A DNA stretch of 64,000 bases from Nitrospirota bacterium (GTDB taxonomy: Bacteria > Nitrospirota > Nitrospiria > 2-01-FULL-66-17), in the NCBI GenBank assembly GCA_049325335.1, contig JBMOMC010000043.1, positions 341,852 to 405,851 on the forward strand, in the 5' to 3' direction. The position numbers were made by a program, and so were the translations under genes. Position 1 is the first letter of the stretch, and every line of letters starts with the position of its first letter. Shown in pieces: positions 1 through 8,955 of the stretch. Under the pieces are notes generated by a model. The model made no database searches, was not told the DNA's origin, and saw nothing but the letters and a program-made list of their open reading frames with translations.

Positions 1-857
1 GCCCCTTTGGAGCCGGGGCGCGCCAGATACCGTAAAACACCGTCGGGCAGATCCGGGAAGAGGGGACGCGCCTGCGCGACGTCGGTCATGGCGTGGAGAA
101 AACACTGGTCGAGTTGCACATGCAGGCGAATCATGGCCAAATACACGGCGCGCTGGGCCGCGACGCGTTCGTCTGCGCCCGGCCCGTACCCGCCCGGAAT
201 CGCGATCGCGCGGATGATCCGCCCAAGGGCGACTTGCCGGTCGTCCATGCGTTGCGCCGCGCAAGCGGCCAGGACGTCGATCGAGGCGCCGGGATCGGGG
301 AGCGTCATCCCGGCGAGGTCGGCGAGAAACCGGGCGCGCTCGAAATCCTTGGTTCGCATCGCGACGTGAAAGAGCCAGCCGACCGCGTCGCGGTGAAACG
401 CCTCATCCCCCAGCAATTGGGAAAATCCGTGTTCGGCCTCATCCCAATGCCGGGCGATCGCGGCCTGGATGGCTTGATTGTAGATGCGCCGGAGCGCGCC
501 GAGCTCAAAGAGCCGCGTGCGGTGTTGGAACTGGTCCGGATCGCCGAACAGAAAGTCCCGGTGCCGGGCGATCAGGGCCGCGAGCCCCGCGGCGTCGCGT
601 TGCGCGATCGCCAGCCGCGCCAGGCGTCCGAATGCCGCGAAATGGGTGCGTTCATGGTCGAGCGTCTGGACCAACAGCGCCTCGGCCTCGGATGCCAGGC
701 CGTCCGCGATCAAGGCGTCGGCGCGTTCGAGCGGCGGGAGTTCAGGGAGTGCGGTATCGGTCTGTGCCGTCGTGGGTCGGGCCGACAACGCGCAGAGCAC
801 GCTGAAGAGCGCCGGCAAGAGCCACCGCGATGCGTTTGTCCGGGTCAACAAGGGCAT
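1..857 (-). CDS. Exported helical/TPR-like hypothetical protein (runs off left edge)
   Basis: Manual translation of the minus strand from ATG at 857 (MPLLTRTNASRWLLPALFSVLCALSARPTTAQ...) gives no stop before base 1. It has a signal-peptide-like N-terminus and Ala/Leu-rich helical repeats. It is absent from the ORF track because it is truncated. Confidence 0.7.
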   Translation of the reverse strand, partial: MPLLTRTNASRWLLPALFSVLCALSARPTTAQTDTALPELPPLERADALIADGLASEAEALLVQTLDHERTHFAAFGRLARLAIAQRDAAGLAALIARHRDFLFGDPDQFQHRTRLFELGALRRIYNQAIQAAIARHWDEAEHGFSQLLGDEAFHRDAVGWLFHVAMRTKDFERARFLADLAGMTLPDPGASIDVLAACAAQRMDDRQVALGRIIRAIAIPGGYGPGADERVAAQRAVYLAMIRLHVQLDQCFLHAMTDVAQARPLFPDLPDGVLRYLARPGSKG

Positions 858-958
858 GGCAGATCCTCGTGGTGTGGGGTTGGTTCTCCGCAACGGGCAC
901 GAGCGTAACGCGAGCGCGTGGTCGCGTGCAAGTTGGGGTTATCGGATGTCATGGATTC

Positions 959-987
959 TTGGAATCGACCCCGGCCAAGCGTATACT
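959..987 (+). promoter_or_regulatory. Putative sigma70 promoter for the TonB receptor (leaderless)
   Basis: TTGGAA(959-964)-17 nt-TATACT(982-987), with ATG at 995 after 7 nt and no Shine-Dalgarno. Confidence 0.5.
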
Positions 988-994
988 GGCCAAT

Positions 995-3016
995 ATGCTC
1001 AGGCCGTGTCCGCGCTTGCTGCGATTGATCGTGACCTGGATCGTCCTCGCTGCCCCGGTGGGAGGGTATGGCGAGCCAGGCCCCTCGACGGATCTTGCCG
1101 AAGAATCGATCCTGTTCCTGGACATCCCTTCGGTGTACGGCGCGTCCAAGTACGAGCAAGCCGTGGCCGAGGCTCCGTCATCGGTCAGCATTGTCACGGC
1201 CGATGAGATCCAAAAGTATGGGTATCGGACTCTGGCCGACATTCTGCGGAGCGTGCGGGGATTCTTCGTGACGTATGATCGCAACTACAGTTACGTCGGG
1301 GTCAGAGGATTCGGGCGACCCGGGGACTACAACACGCGGGTCCTCTTCCTGCTCGACGGCCATCGTCTCAACGACAACGTGTACGACGGCGCGCTGCTCG
1401 GCACCGACGGTTTGCTCGATGTTGATCTGATCAAACAGGTGGAAATTATCCGCGGCCCAAGTTCGTCGCTTTACGGCACGAGCGCGTTTTTCGGCGTCAT
1501 CAACATCGTGACCAAACGCGGACGTGACGTGGCGCCGGTCGAAGCGTCGGCGGAGGTGGCGAGCCTGGATACCCACAAGGCGCGACTGACGTATGGTAAG
1601 CGATTTGTCCGGGGCCCCGAGCTCCTGGTGTCGGGGACGTGGTACGACAGCGAGGGCAACCCGCGCCTGTTATTCCCGGAACTGAACAATCCCGCGACCA
1701 ACAACGGGGTCGCGGAGCGCGTGGACGCCGACCAGTTCGGGAGCGGGTTTGTGAAATTGGGGATCAACGACTTGACGCTGCACGGCGGGTATTCGTCCCG
1801 CACGAAAGTCATTCCCACCGCGAGTTACGGCTCGGTTTTTAATGATCCGCGTACAAGAACGGTGGACGCGCGGGGATTTCTCGAACTCACCTACGACCAC
1901 CAGTGGGACGCTCGGAGTAGCACGAAGGTCCGGCTCTTTTACGACAGCACGTCGTACCGCGGCGACTACGCCTTCGACTATGCGTCGTCTGGGGATCCTC
2001 CGAATGTGGTGATCAACCATGATACCGCCGAAGGACGGTGGTGGGGCGGCGAGGTCACCATGGCGTGGGCCCTTGGCCGCACCCATCGGGTGTTGTTGGG
2101 GGCGGAATACAAAGGCGATCTGGAGCTGGAACAGCGCAACTACGATGTGGCCGTGTATGTGGCCGACAAGCGACGCGCCGCGAACTGGGCGCTCTATGTC
2201 CAAGACGAGGTGGTCTTGAGCAAGCGCCTTCTGCTTAATGTCGGTGTGCGCCACGATCAACACGACAACACGTTTGGCGGGACCACCAGTCCTCGGCTGG
2301 CCGTGATCTATACCGCGCAGTCGGACATGACGTTGAAGCTACTCTATGGTCAAGCGTTCCGGGCTCCGACATTTTACGAGCTGTACTACCAAGACAGTCT
2401 CGCGCAAAAGGCGAACCCGGACCTCGATCCCGAGATGATGACGTCCACCGAGCTCGTGGTGGAGCGCTCGTTGACCGACCATTTATTGGGCATCGTGTCG
2501 TTCTTTCACTATCGAATCGACGATTTGATCAGCTTTGAAACCGACCCGAGCGACGGTCTCTTGGTGTTTCGTAACGCCGAGACCATTGAAACGAACGGGA
2601 TGGAGATCGAACTGGACGGGCGGTGGAGGAACGGGTTGGAAGGGCGGGTAAGCTACGCGTATCAGCATTCCGAGAATCAACAGACCGAGGAGCCGTTGAC
2701 CAACTCGCCCAAATACGTGGCCCGGTACAACGTCATCGTCCCGGTGGTGCCGGAAGCGCTCTTTGCCGGACTGGAGACGCAGTACACCAGCTCGCGCAGG
2801 ACGTTGCTCAACAATCGCGTCCGCGCCTTCTATGTGACCAATGCCACGCTCTTCGGACGAACGCTGTCCAACCGGCTTCAACTCTCGGTGAGCGTGTACA
2901 ACGTGTTCGGCACTGACTACGGCGACCCGGGATCGCAGGAACACGTGCAACAGAATATGGATGTCATCGCGCAGGACGGTCGTGCCGTACGCGTGAAACT
3001 CACGTATGCGTTTTGA
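995..3016 (+). CDS. TonB-dependent-type outer-membrane receptor (plug + beta-barrel)
   Basis: Plug motifs (ASKYEQ..EAPSSVSIVTADEI, LLDGHRLND, VEIIRGPSSSLYG), barrel strands and terminal Phe (KLTYAF). Start reassigned from 830 to ATG 995, which gives a signal peptide. Confidence 0.9.
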   Translation: MLRPCPRLLRLIVTWIVLAAPVGGYGEPGPSTDLAEESILFLDIPSVYGASKYEQAVAEAPSSVSIVTADEIQKYGYRTLADILRSVRGFFVTYDRNYSYVGVRGFGRPGDYNTRVLFLLDGHRLNDNVYDGALLGTDGLLDVDLIKQVEIIRGPSSSLYGTSAFFGVINIVTKRGRDVAPVEASAEVASLDTHKARLTYGKRFVRGPELLVSGTWYDSEGNPRLLFPELNNPATNNGVAERVDADQFGSGFVKLGINDLTLHGGYSSRTKVIPTASYGSVFNDPRTRTVDARGFLELTYDHQWDARSSTKVRLFYDSTSYRGDYAFDYASSGDPPNVVINHDTAEGRWWGGEVTMAWALGRTHRVLLGAEYKGDLELEQRNYDVAVYVADKRRAANWALYVQDEVVLSKRLLLNVGVRHDQHDNTFGGTTSPRLAVIYTAQSDMTLKLLYGQAFRAPTFYELYYQDSLAQKANPDLDPEMMTSTELVVERSLTDHLLGIVSFFHYRIDDLISFETDPSDGLLVFRNAETIETNGMEIELDGRWRNGLEGRVSYAYQHSENQQTEEPLTNSPKYVARYNVIVPVVPEALFAGLETQYTSSRRTLLNNRVRAFYVTNATLFGRTLSNRLQLSVSVYNVFGTDYGDPGSQEHVQQNMDVIAQDGRAVRVKLTYAF

Positions 3017-3974
3017 GTGTCCGAGCGTGATGGCGTCCGTTACGGGCACCGCGGTCGCCGTCACGGCGGTGCTCCTTCTCGGCCCGGTGACGAAGGGTCC
3101 GTTCGCCGAGGAGCAGACTCCCAAGATCGCGGTGTTGATGAGTCACGACGCTCCACCCTATGCAGCCGCGCTGAACGGATTTCGGGAGCAGCTTGCCCGC
3201 GACGGCGTTCAAGCGCAGTATGACGTGGTGGTGCTCCGCGGCGATCCGCTCGAGTCCGACGAGGCCGTCCAGCGGATCATGCACAACGGGACGCGGCTGG
3301 TCTATGCGCTCGGGGCGCTCGGCGCCGGGGCCGTCATCGACGCGCAAATCAGCGTGCCGGTCGTGGCGTGTATGCTCCTGAACCGCGCCGATGTGAAGAA
3401 GGTTCCGCATGCCGCGGGCGTCGGTCTGGAGATTCCGGTGGAAACCCAGTTTCAGTGGCTGCGGCGGCTGCTGCCAAACGCCAAGCGCATCGGCGTGCTA
3501 TACAACCCGACGGAGAATCGGGACACCGTGGACCTGGCCGCGCGCGTGGCCCGCGAGACAGGCCTCATTCTGACGGCGCGTCCGATCGAGACCCCGCGAG
3601 ACATTCCGGCCGCGCTCGCTCACCTCGCCAACGAGGCGGATGTCGTGTGGGGCTTGCCCGATCACGTGGTGCTCTCGCCGGAGACGGCCCAATCCCTGTT
3701 GCTGTTTTCCCTCCGGAATCGGATACCATTCATCGGTTTGTCCACATCATGGGCCAAGGCGGGGGCCCTGTACGCGCTCGATCGCGATTATGGCGACCTC
3801 GGGGCGCAGTGCGGAGAACTAGCAATGGCGATCCTGGACGGACGGTCGCCCGAATCGTTTCTCCCGGCGTCGCCGCGCAAGGTGGTCTACGCGATCAACC
3901 TCCAGACGGCCCGCCAGATGAAAATCAGCCTGCCGGACAATCTGGTGCATGGCGCGGCGGAGGTGTTTCAATAA
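3006..3974 (+). CDS. ABC-type substrate-binding-like periplasmic protein (ABC_sub_bind family)
   Basis: Signal peptide; motifs [38 protein letters not shown]. Overlaps the receptor stop. Alternative start at 3030. Confidence 0.8.
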   Translation: MRFECPSVMASVTGTAVAVTAVLLLGPVTKGPFAEEQTPKIAVLMSHDAPPYAAALNGFREQLARDGVQAQYDVVVLRGDPLESDEAVQRIMHNGTRLVYALGALGAGAVIDAQISVPVVACMLLNRADVKKVPHAAGVGLEIPVETQFQWLRRLLPNAKRIGVLYNPTENRDTVDLAARVARETGLILTARPIETPRDIPAALAHLANEADVVWGLPDHVVLSPETAQSLLLFSLRNRIPFIGLSTSWAKAGALYALDRDYGDLGAQCGELAMAILDGRSPESFLPASPRKVVYAINLQTARQMKISLPDNLVHGAAEVFQ

Positions 3975-3975
3975 G

Positions 3976-6825
3976 ATGGCGGTGCGACGGCTCGGGCTGG
4001 TGACCGCGTTCAATCTGTTGACCATTGCGATCATCGTGCTGACCGCGACGGGGATCGGGATCTTTGTGGTCCGCACCACCTCGGCCGGCTTTCACCGCGA
4101 TTTGATTCGGCACGGCACGACCGTGGCTGCCATGATTGCCGAGAATGCCGAATACGCGCTGTATGTGGCCGACCAGGAGGTCCTGGCCCGCATCGTGGAC
4201 AGCCTGTCGGCGGACCCCGATGTCGCGTACGTCGGCCTTATGAACGCCGAGCGGAGTTTGTTGGCGAGTAAAGTGATGGACCGGGAGATTGCCATCCCCG
4301 TAGACCCCAAGGGTTGGTCCGGCATGGCCGGGAACGGCATGGCCATCACGTGGTTTACCGAGGAGCAAACCGGCAAACGTTACCTCGACATCCGCGCTCC
4401 GGTGGTCAGCCGGACCTTGCGGTCCGGCGATGACCTCTTTCTCGAAATGCGGCATGAGGCCAAATCCGTGACCATTGGATACGTGCAACTGGGGTTGGGG
4501 CACGAAGCGCTGGACGAACGCGTCCGCGCGTTTCTCGTCTCCACGCTCCTGGTCACGTCGTTGTTGGTGCTGGTCGGCGTGGCCATCACGGTGGTGATGA
4601 CGCGGCGCATTGCGGCCCCGGTCCGTCGCTTGGCCGGCGCGGCCCAAGACATTGCGGACGGGAGGCTCGACCACCGCATTGACGTCGCCGGGCACGAGGA
4701 GATCAATCGTCTGACCGAGGCATTCAACGTGATGATCGAGCGGCTCCGCGGTTCCCGAGCACAGGTGGAGGCGCACCAACAGGCGCTCGAGACCACGGTT
4801 GAACAGCGTACCCATGAGCTCCGACAGGCGACGGAGCATGCCCATGCCCTGGCCGAGGAAGCCAAGCAGGCCAGTCGCGCCAAGTCACAGTTTCTCGCCA
4901 ACGTGAGCCATGAAATCCGCACGCCGTTGAACGGCGTGTTGGGCATGATCGAAGTGCTGCTGGACACCCCCCTGGAGCCCCGGCAACGGCACTATGTGGA
5001 ATCGGCGCGACGTTCCGGGGAGACGTTGCGGGCGCTCATCAGTGACGTGCTGGATTTTTCCAAGATCGAAGCCGGCCGGCTCGATTTGGAGCAGGTGGAG
5101 TTTGACCTGCGCCGGATCGTGGACGAGGTCGCCGAACTGCTGATCAGGCCCGCCACACGCAAGGGTTTGGAATTGGCGGTCCTGATTCCACCCGACGTGC
5201 CGACGCGGCTGCGCGGTGATCCGCACCGGCTTCGTCAAGTCATGACTAATCTGGTCGATAATGCCGTTAAGTTCACCGAGCACGGCACGGTGGTCGTTCG
5301 CGTATCCGCGACGGACATCGACGAGCGGGAGGTGGGGCTGCGGTTCGAGGTTCGGGATTCCGGAGTCGGGATTCCGCACGACGTGCAGGCGCGCCTCTTT
5401 GAGTCCTTTACCCAAGCCGACGGGTCAACCACCAGGAAATTCGGTGGGACTGGGCTGGGGCTGGCAATTTGTAAACAACTGGTGAAACGCATGGGGGGCG
5501 ACATCGGCGTCCAATCGCAACCAGGTCATGGGAGCACATTTTTTTTCACCGCCTGCTTCGAGGTGGTGAAGGGGCCTTGCCAGTCGGCTGCGCTGGAATC
5601 GGTTGAGCAACCGGTCAGGGCGCAGCTAGTTCCCGCCGCGATCTTGTTGGCTGAGGACAACGCGGTCAACCGAGACGTCACGATGGCTATGCTTGAGGGC
5701 GTGGGATGTCGCGTCGACAGCGTGAGCGCTGGGCGGGAGGTTATGGATGCGATATCCCGCGTTCCCTACGACCTCATTCTGATGGATTGTCAGATGCCGG
5801 ATATGGACGGGTTTGACGCAACCAAGGCCATCCGTGAACAGGAGCGGCTGACCTCGTCCGCCGTCGCGCCCCGCCGTCGGCGGGTCCCCATCATTGCGCT
5901 CACCGCGAACGCCATGGAAACCGACCGTCAACAGTGTGTGGACGCCGGGATGGATGACTACCTGACCAAACCGTTTCACAAGGACCAACTTCTGGCGATG
6001 ATCGAGAAGTGGCTGCCCGGTACCCGAGTGCCCGACAGTCCGTTGGTTGGGAGCGACCGGATAGCCGATTCCACGGAGCCGCGGATTCCGGACACGGATC
6101 TGGCGGACGGCGAACAACGCGGCGTCCTCAGTTACGTGACATCCAAGGTGGTCCACGACCTTCGGACATTACTCATCGGGGTCAGTCGCACGCTGGCATT
6201 GTTCAAGCAGGCCCCTGGCGGTCGAACCAGTCAGGAGCGTGAACGTGCGTTGGAACACCTCGTGAATTCGACGGAGCTGGTGCTCGGGATCATGGACGAT
6301 CGGCTTGATGTCTACCACGGCCACGTCGGGCGTCTCCGGCTTCAATGCGGGAGCGTGGTTCTTGGTCAGGTGGCGGCTGAGGCCGTCGCGCTGCTCGATG
6401 GGGAAGCCCGTGAAAAAGATCTACGGGTGACGGTCGAGGGCGGACACGACATCCCCTCGATCCATGCCGACAAACGGCGCCTCCAACGAGTCTTTGTGAA
6501 TCTGCTTGACAATGCGATGAAGGCCTCGCCTCCTGGCGGAGCCATTCGGGTGACATTTAACGAGTGCAGCGGTTCCGGTTCGGCGGTGACCTGCTTTGTG
6601 CAAGACGATGGCCCAGGGATCCCGCCGCAACTCATTGCGGATCTGCGGCGACCGACGCAGGGGACCTTGAGCCGTTTATCGGAGCGTGGGAGAGGGCTCG
6701 GCCTGGAATTCTGTCGCATCGTGGTTGATGCACACGGCGGCGCGATTTGGGCGGACAATCGTGAGGCGCGGGGGGCCGTGTTCGGCGTCCGATTACCGGT
6801 CGTGGGGGCGGGCCATGTCGATTAA
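3976..6825 (+). CDS. Membrane hybrid histidine kinase: TM-periplasmic-TM-HAMP-HisKA-HATPase-REC plus a second HisKA-HATPase
   Basis: [37 protein letters not shown] ([19 protein letters not shown]), then [28 protein letters not shown]. Confidence 0.9.
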   Translation: MAVRRLGLVTAFNLLTIAIIVLTATGIGIFVVRTTSAGFHRDLIRHGTTVAAMIAENAEYALYVADQEVLARIVDSLSADPDVAYVGLMNAERSLLASKVMDREIAIPVDPKGWSGMAGNGMAITWFTEEQTGKRYLDIRAPVVSRTLRSGDDLFLEMRHEAKSVTIGYVQLGLGHEALDERVRAFLVSTLLVTSLLVLVGVAITVVMTRRIAAPVRRLAGAAQDIADGRLDHRIDVAGHEEINRLTEAFNVMIERLRGSRAQVEAHQQALETTVEQRTHELRQATEHAHALAEEAKQASRAKSQFLANVSHEIRTPLNGVLGMIEVLLDTPLEPRQRHYVESARRSGETLRALISDVLDFSKIEAGRLDLEQVEFDLRRIVDEVAELLIRPATRKGLELAVLIPPDVPTRLRGDPHRLRQVMTNLVDNAVKFTEHGTVVVRVSATDIDEREVGLRFEVRDSGVGIPHDVQARLFESFTQADGSTTRKFGGTGLGLAICKQLVKRMGGDIGVQSQPGHGSTFFFTACFEVVKGPCQSAALESVEQPVRAQLVPAAILLAEDNAVNRDVTMAMLEGVGCRVDSVSAGREVMDAISRVPYDLILMDCQMPDMDGFDATKAIREQERLTSSAVAPRRRRVPIIALTANAMETDRQQCVDAGMDDYLTKPFHKDQLLAMIEKWLPGTRVPDSPLVGSDRIADSTEPRIPDTDLADGEQRGVLSYVTSKVVHDLRTLLIGVSRTLALFKQAPGGRTSQERERALEHLVNSTELVLGIMDDRLDVYHGHVGRLRLQCGSVVLGQVAAEAVALLDGEAREKDLRVTVEGGHDIPSIHADKRRLQRVFVNLLDNAMKASPPGGAIRVTFNECSGSGSAVTCFVQDDGPGIPPQLIADLRRPTQGTLSRLSERGRGLGLEFCRIVVDAHGGAIWADNREARGAVFGVRLPVVGAGHVD

Positions 6826-7456
6826 AGTCATGGTGGTAGATGACCAACGGTTGTTCCGACAAAGCCTGGTTGCGCTGTTGGAACAAGATCCGGAAATTCG
6901 AGTGGTCGGGCAGGCCGCGGACGGGCAGGAAGCGTTTTTGGTCGCAATGGCGCAGCGGCCCGATATCGTGCTCATGGACCTGGACCTTCCCAAACTGGAC
7001 GGGGCCCAGGCCACGCGGCGCATCCTTGAGCGGTCTCCGAAGACCAAGGTCTTGATTCTGTCGGTCTATGGAGACGAGCAACACATCGCGGATGGGCTCG
7101 ACGCCGGGGCGGCCGGGTACATTCTCAAGGACGCCGACGTCGGGGAGTTCATCCGCATCATCAAACAGTATGCGGAAGGCCGACGGGTGGCGTCGGCGTT
7201 TGTCGCGTCGCGGCCACAGGATGAGACCCCGTCGCCTGCGCTCGACCGCTCGAAGCTGACGCGGCGAGAAGTGGAAATCGTCGATCTCCTGGCGACTGGG
7301 TGTGGGACCAAAGACATGGCGAGCCGCTTGGGTATCTCCGGGGAAACCGTGAAAGTTCACCTCCAGCACATCTATCGAAAACTCGGCGTGAAGGGACGAG
7401 TGGAGCTGATCCTCTCGCTGACAACCAAGCCGTCCAAGTCGTTCGGCGGTTCCTAG
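6815..7456 (+). CDS. NarL/LuxR-family response regulator (intact REC + HTH)
   Basis: VMVVDD, LMDLDLP, GYILKD and LTRREVEIV...[18 protein letters not shown] 6815 overlaps the kinase 3' end. Confidence 0.92.
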   Translation: MSIKVMVVDDQRLFRQSLVALLEQDPEIRVVGQAADGQEAFLVAMAQRPDIVLMDLDLPKLDGAQATRRILERSPKTKVLILSVYGDEQHIADGLDAGAAGYILKDADVGEFIRIIKQYAEGRRVASAFVASRPQDETPSPALDRSKLTRREVEIVDLLATGCGTKDMASRLGISGETVKVHLQHIYRKLGVKGRVELILSLTTKPSKSFGGS

Positions 7457-7569
7457 CAATCGCCTCATACCCTGTCAGTAAACTAAAAGGTTAGTTCTCG
7501 TCAGTCTCACGAGAAAACTACTCCGACTAGGGAATTCCATGGGCGGTTTCATCGGTGTACACTCGGTTG

Positions 7570-7673
7570 GTCATCACTGATACGTCCTCGTCTCCCCCGG
7601 CGGGGCTGACCTCTTGTATGGCCGATGCGCGAACGACATGGCGTGACGGTGGCATGCGGTCAGCCCCTTTTTT
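7570..7673 (+). ncRNA. Candidate small RNA with CU-rich seed and intrinsic terminator
   Basis: TACACT -10-like hexamer at 7558-7563; TCCTCGTCTCCCCC at 7585-7598; 10-bp stem GGGGCTGACC(7602-7611)/GGTCAGCCCC(7658-7667) followed by T6. It could instead be only a terminator. Confidence 0.4.
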
Positions 7674-7742
7674 GCGTCGTTCCATGGACTCGTGAGCACC
7701 GCTGCCCCGCGTGATGGTTAAAGCGGCGGATGGGGCGTGGAC

Positions 7743-8390
7743 TTACTGGATCGGGTGGCGCGTGACGGGTGTGTCGGGCCGTACCTCCTCGACGTGGAGG
7801 GCGAGTTGGACCCGGTTTTTCACGCGAAACTTCTGGAGCAATCGGTTGACGTGGCTTTTCACCGTCCGCTCGCTGATGCAGAGCCGATCCGCGATGTCGC
7901 GATTGGACATGCCATCGAGGATCAAGGCCATCACTTCGCCCTCACGTTTGCTCGGCATGGGAGCGGTACCGTCGTGAGACCCGACAAGCGGCCCCGCTTC
8001 GCACCAAATGGCTCCAGATATGACTTCGTGTATCGCGTTCACGATTACCTCGCGGCACACGCCTTCGGTGAGCACGCCGTTGATGCCGAGCTGCAGCGCG
8101 CGTTTCATGAGCCCGGCATCGTGTTGACGTACGATCAGCATGACTTTGGCGCGCAGCCCCACCATCATCATCTCCCGCCACGCAGCCGGCGTGGGCGACG
8201 TGGGGACGTGGATCACGACGACGTCCGGGTGTGTCGGCCATGTCTCATCCGCCAATTCGCGGCATGTCGCCATGTCGGCGGAGACGACAAGCGTCGGTTC
8301 CTCGCGGAGGACGAGGACCAGTCCTTCGTGCAAGAGGGGCGATGTCGCCACTACGGCTACTCGGATCGGCGTACCCATACACGAGATCAC
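7743..8390 (-). CDS. LuxR-family regulator with degenerate (pseudo-)receiver domain
   Basis: C-terminal HTH (PSKREGEVMALI..GMSNRDIA..TVKSHVNRLLQKF). The N-terminal REC-like region lacks the acidic pair, phospho-Asp (DVVVIH) and Lys. Confidence 0.85.
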   Translation of the reverse strand: MISCMGTPIRVAVVATSPLLHEGLVLVLREEPTLVVSADMATCRELADETWPTHPDVVVIHVPTSPTPAAWREMMMVGLRAKVMLIVRQHDAGLMKRALQLGINGVLTEGVCREVIVNAIHEVISGAIWCEAGPLVGSHDGTAPMPSKREGEVMALILDGMSNRDIADRLCISERTVKSHVNRLLQKFRVKNRVQLALHVEEVRPDTPVTRHPIQ

Positions 8391-8721
8391 CAGTGAGAGA
8401 TCTGGACCTGCCGAAACTCAAGCAGAAAATACAGGCAGGATTCGTGCCGCCCCTTGAAACACTTGGTCAGTTGATGACGAGCATTTCGTCGTAACCTAGC
8501 ACAACCAAAGCATGAAGATCAACTCAGGCCCCACCATAACTGGGACGGCATCGCGACGCGGGTGATGGCGACTGAGGTGTCTTTGAGGAAAACTACCCTG
8601 TTTTGATTCCATTTTTTCTCTCGATTTTCTTCTGGAAATCCTACCTTCGGACAATTGTTCTTGGTCGGGCGTTCCGGTAAGGTACACCACACTCTGTAAA
8701 AGTAAGTTTTCATAAGCCGCT

Positions 8722-8876
8722 GGCTCACCCTGCGGCATGAAAGCGGTTGGCTGGTGCGCCGGTCGTCTGGTGTGCCAGTGAACGCCGACCGCGAACCGTA
8801 CGGTGTGGTAGTGGTCAACCGGCGGACCGGCCAACGATTTTCTCACCAGACCGGATTGTAAGGGCACCGGTGAGCC
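8722..8876 (+). promoter_or_regulatory. Structured 5' leader upstream of cytochrome paralog 1
   Basis: Nested inverted repeats: GGCTCACC 8722-8729 / GGTGAGCC 8869-8876; 18-nt arms 8746-8763 / 8818-8835 (1 G-U, 1 mismatch); inner GACCGC 8787-8792 / GTGGTC 8811-8816. Confidence 0.4.
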
Positions 8877-8955
8877 TCGAGAAGGTTCCATCAGCACGTG
8901 GTCCTGGGTTGGGTAACGACCGGAAACGTGGGTGTCACGGAAGGGGGGCTGGTGT

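Noticed and set aside
93..1206. Plus-strand ORFs 93..908 and 484..1206, and the 830 start of the receptor
   Set aside because: These are shadows of the minus-strand gene 1..857. The 830 start overlaps that gene and precedes the promoter and signal peptide at 995.
8496..8897. ORFs in the LuxR-cytochrome intergenic region
   Set aside because: The sequence is AT-rich and promoter-like, with no RBS and no recognisable protein features.
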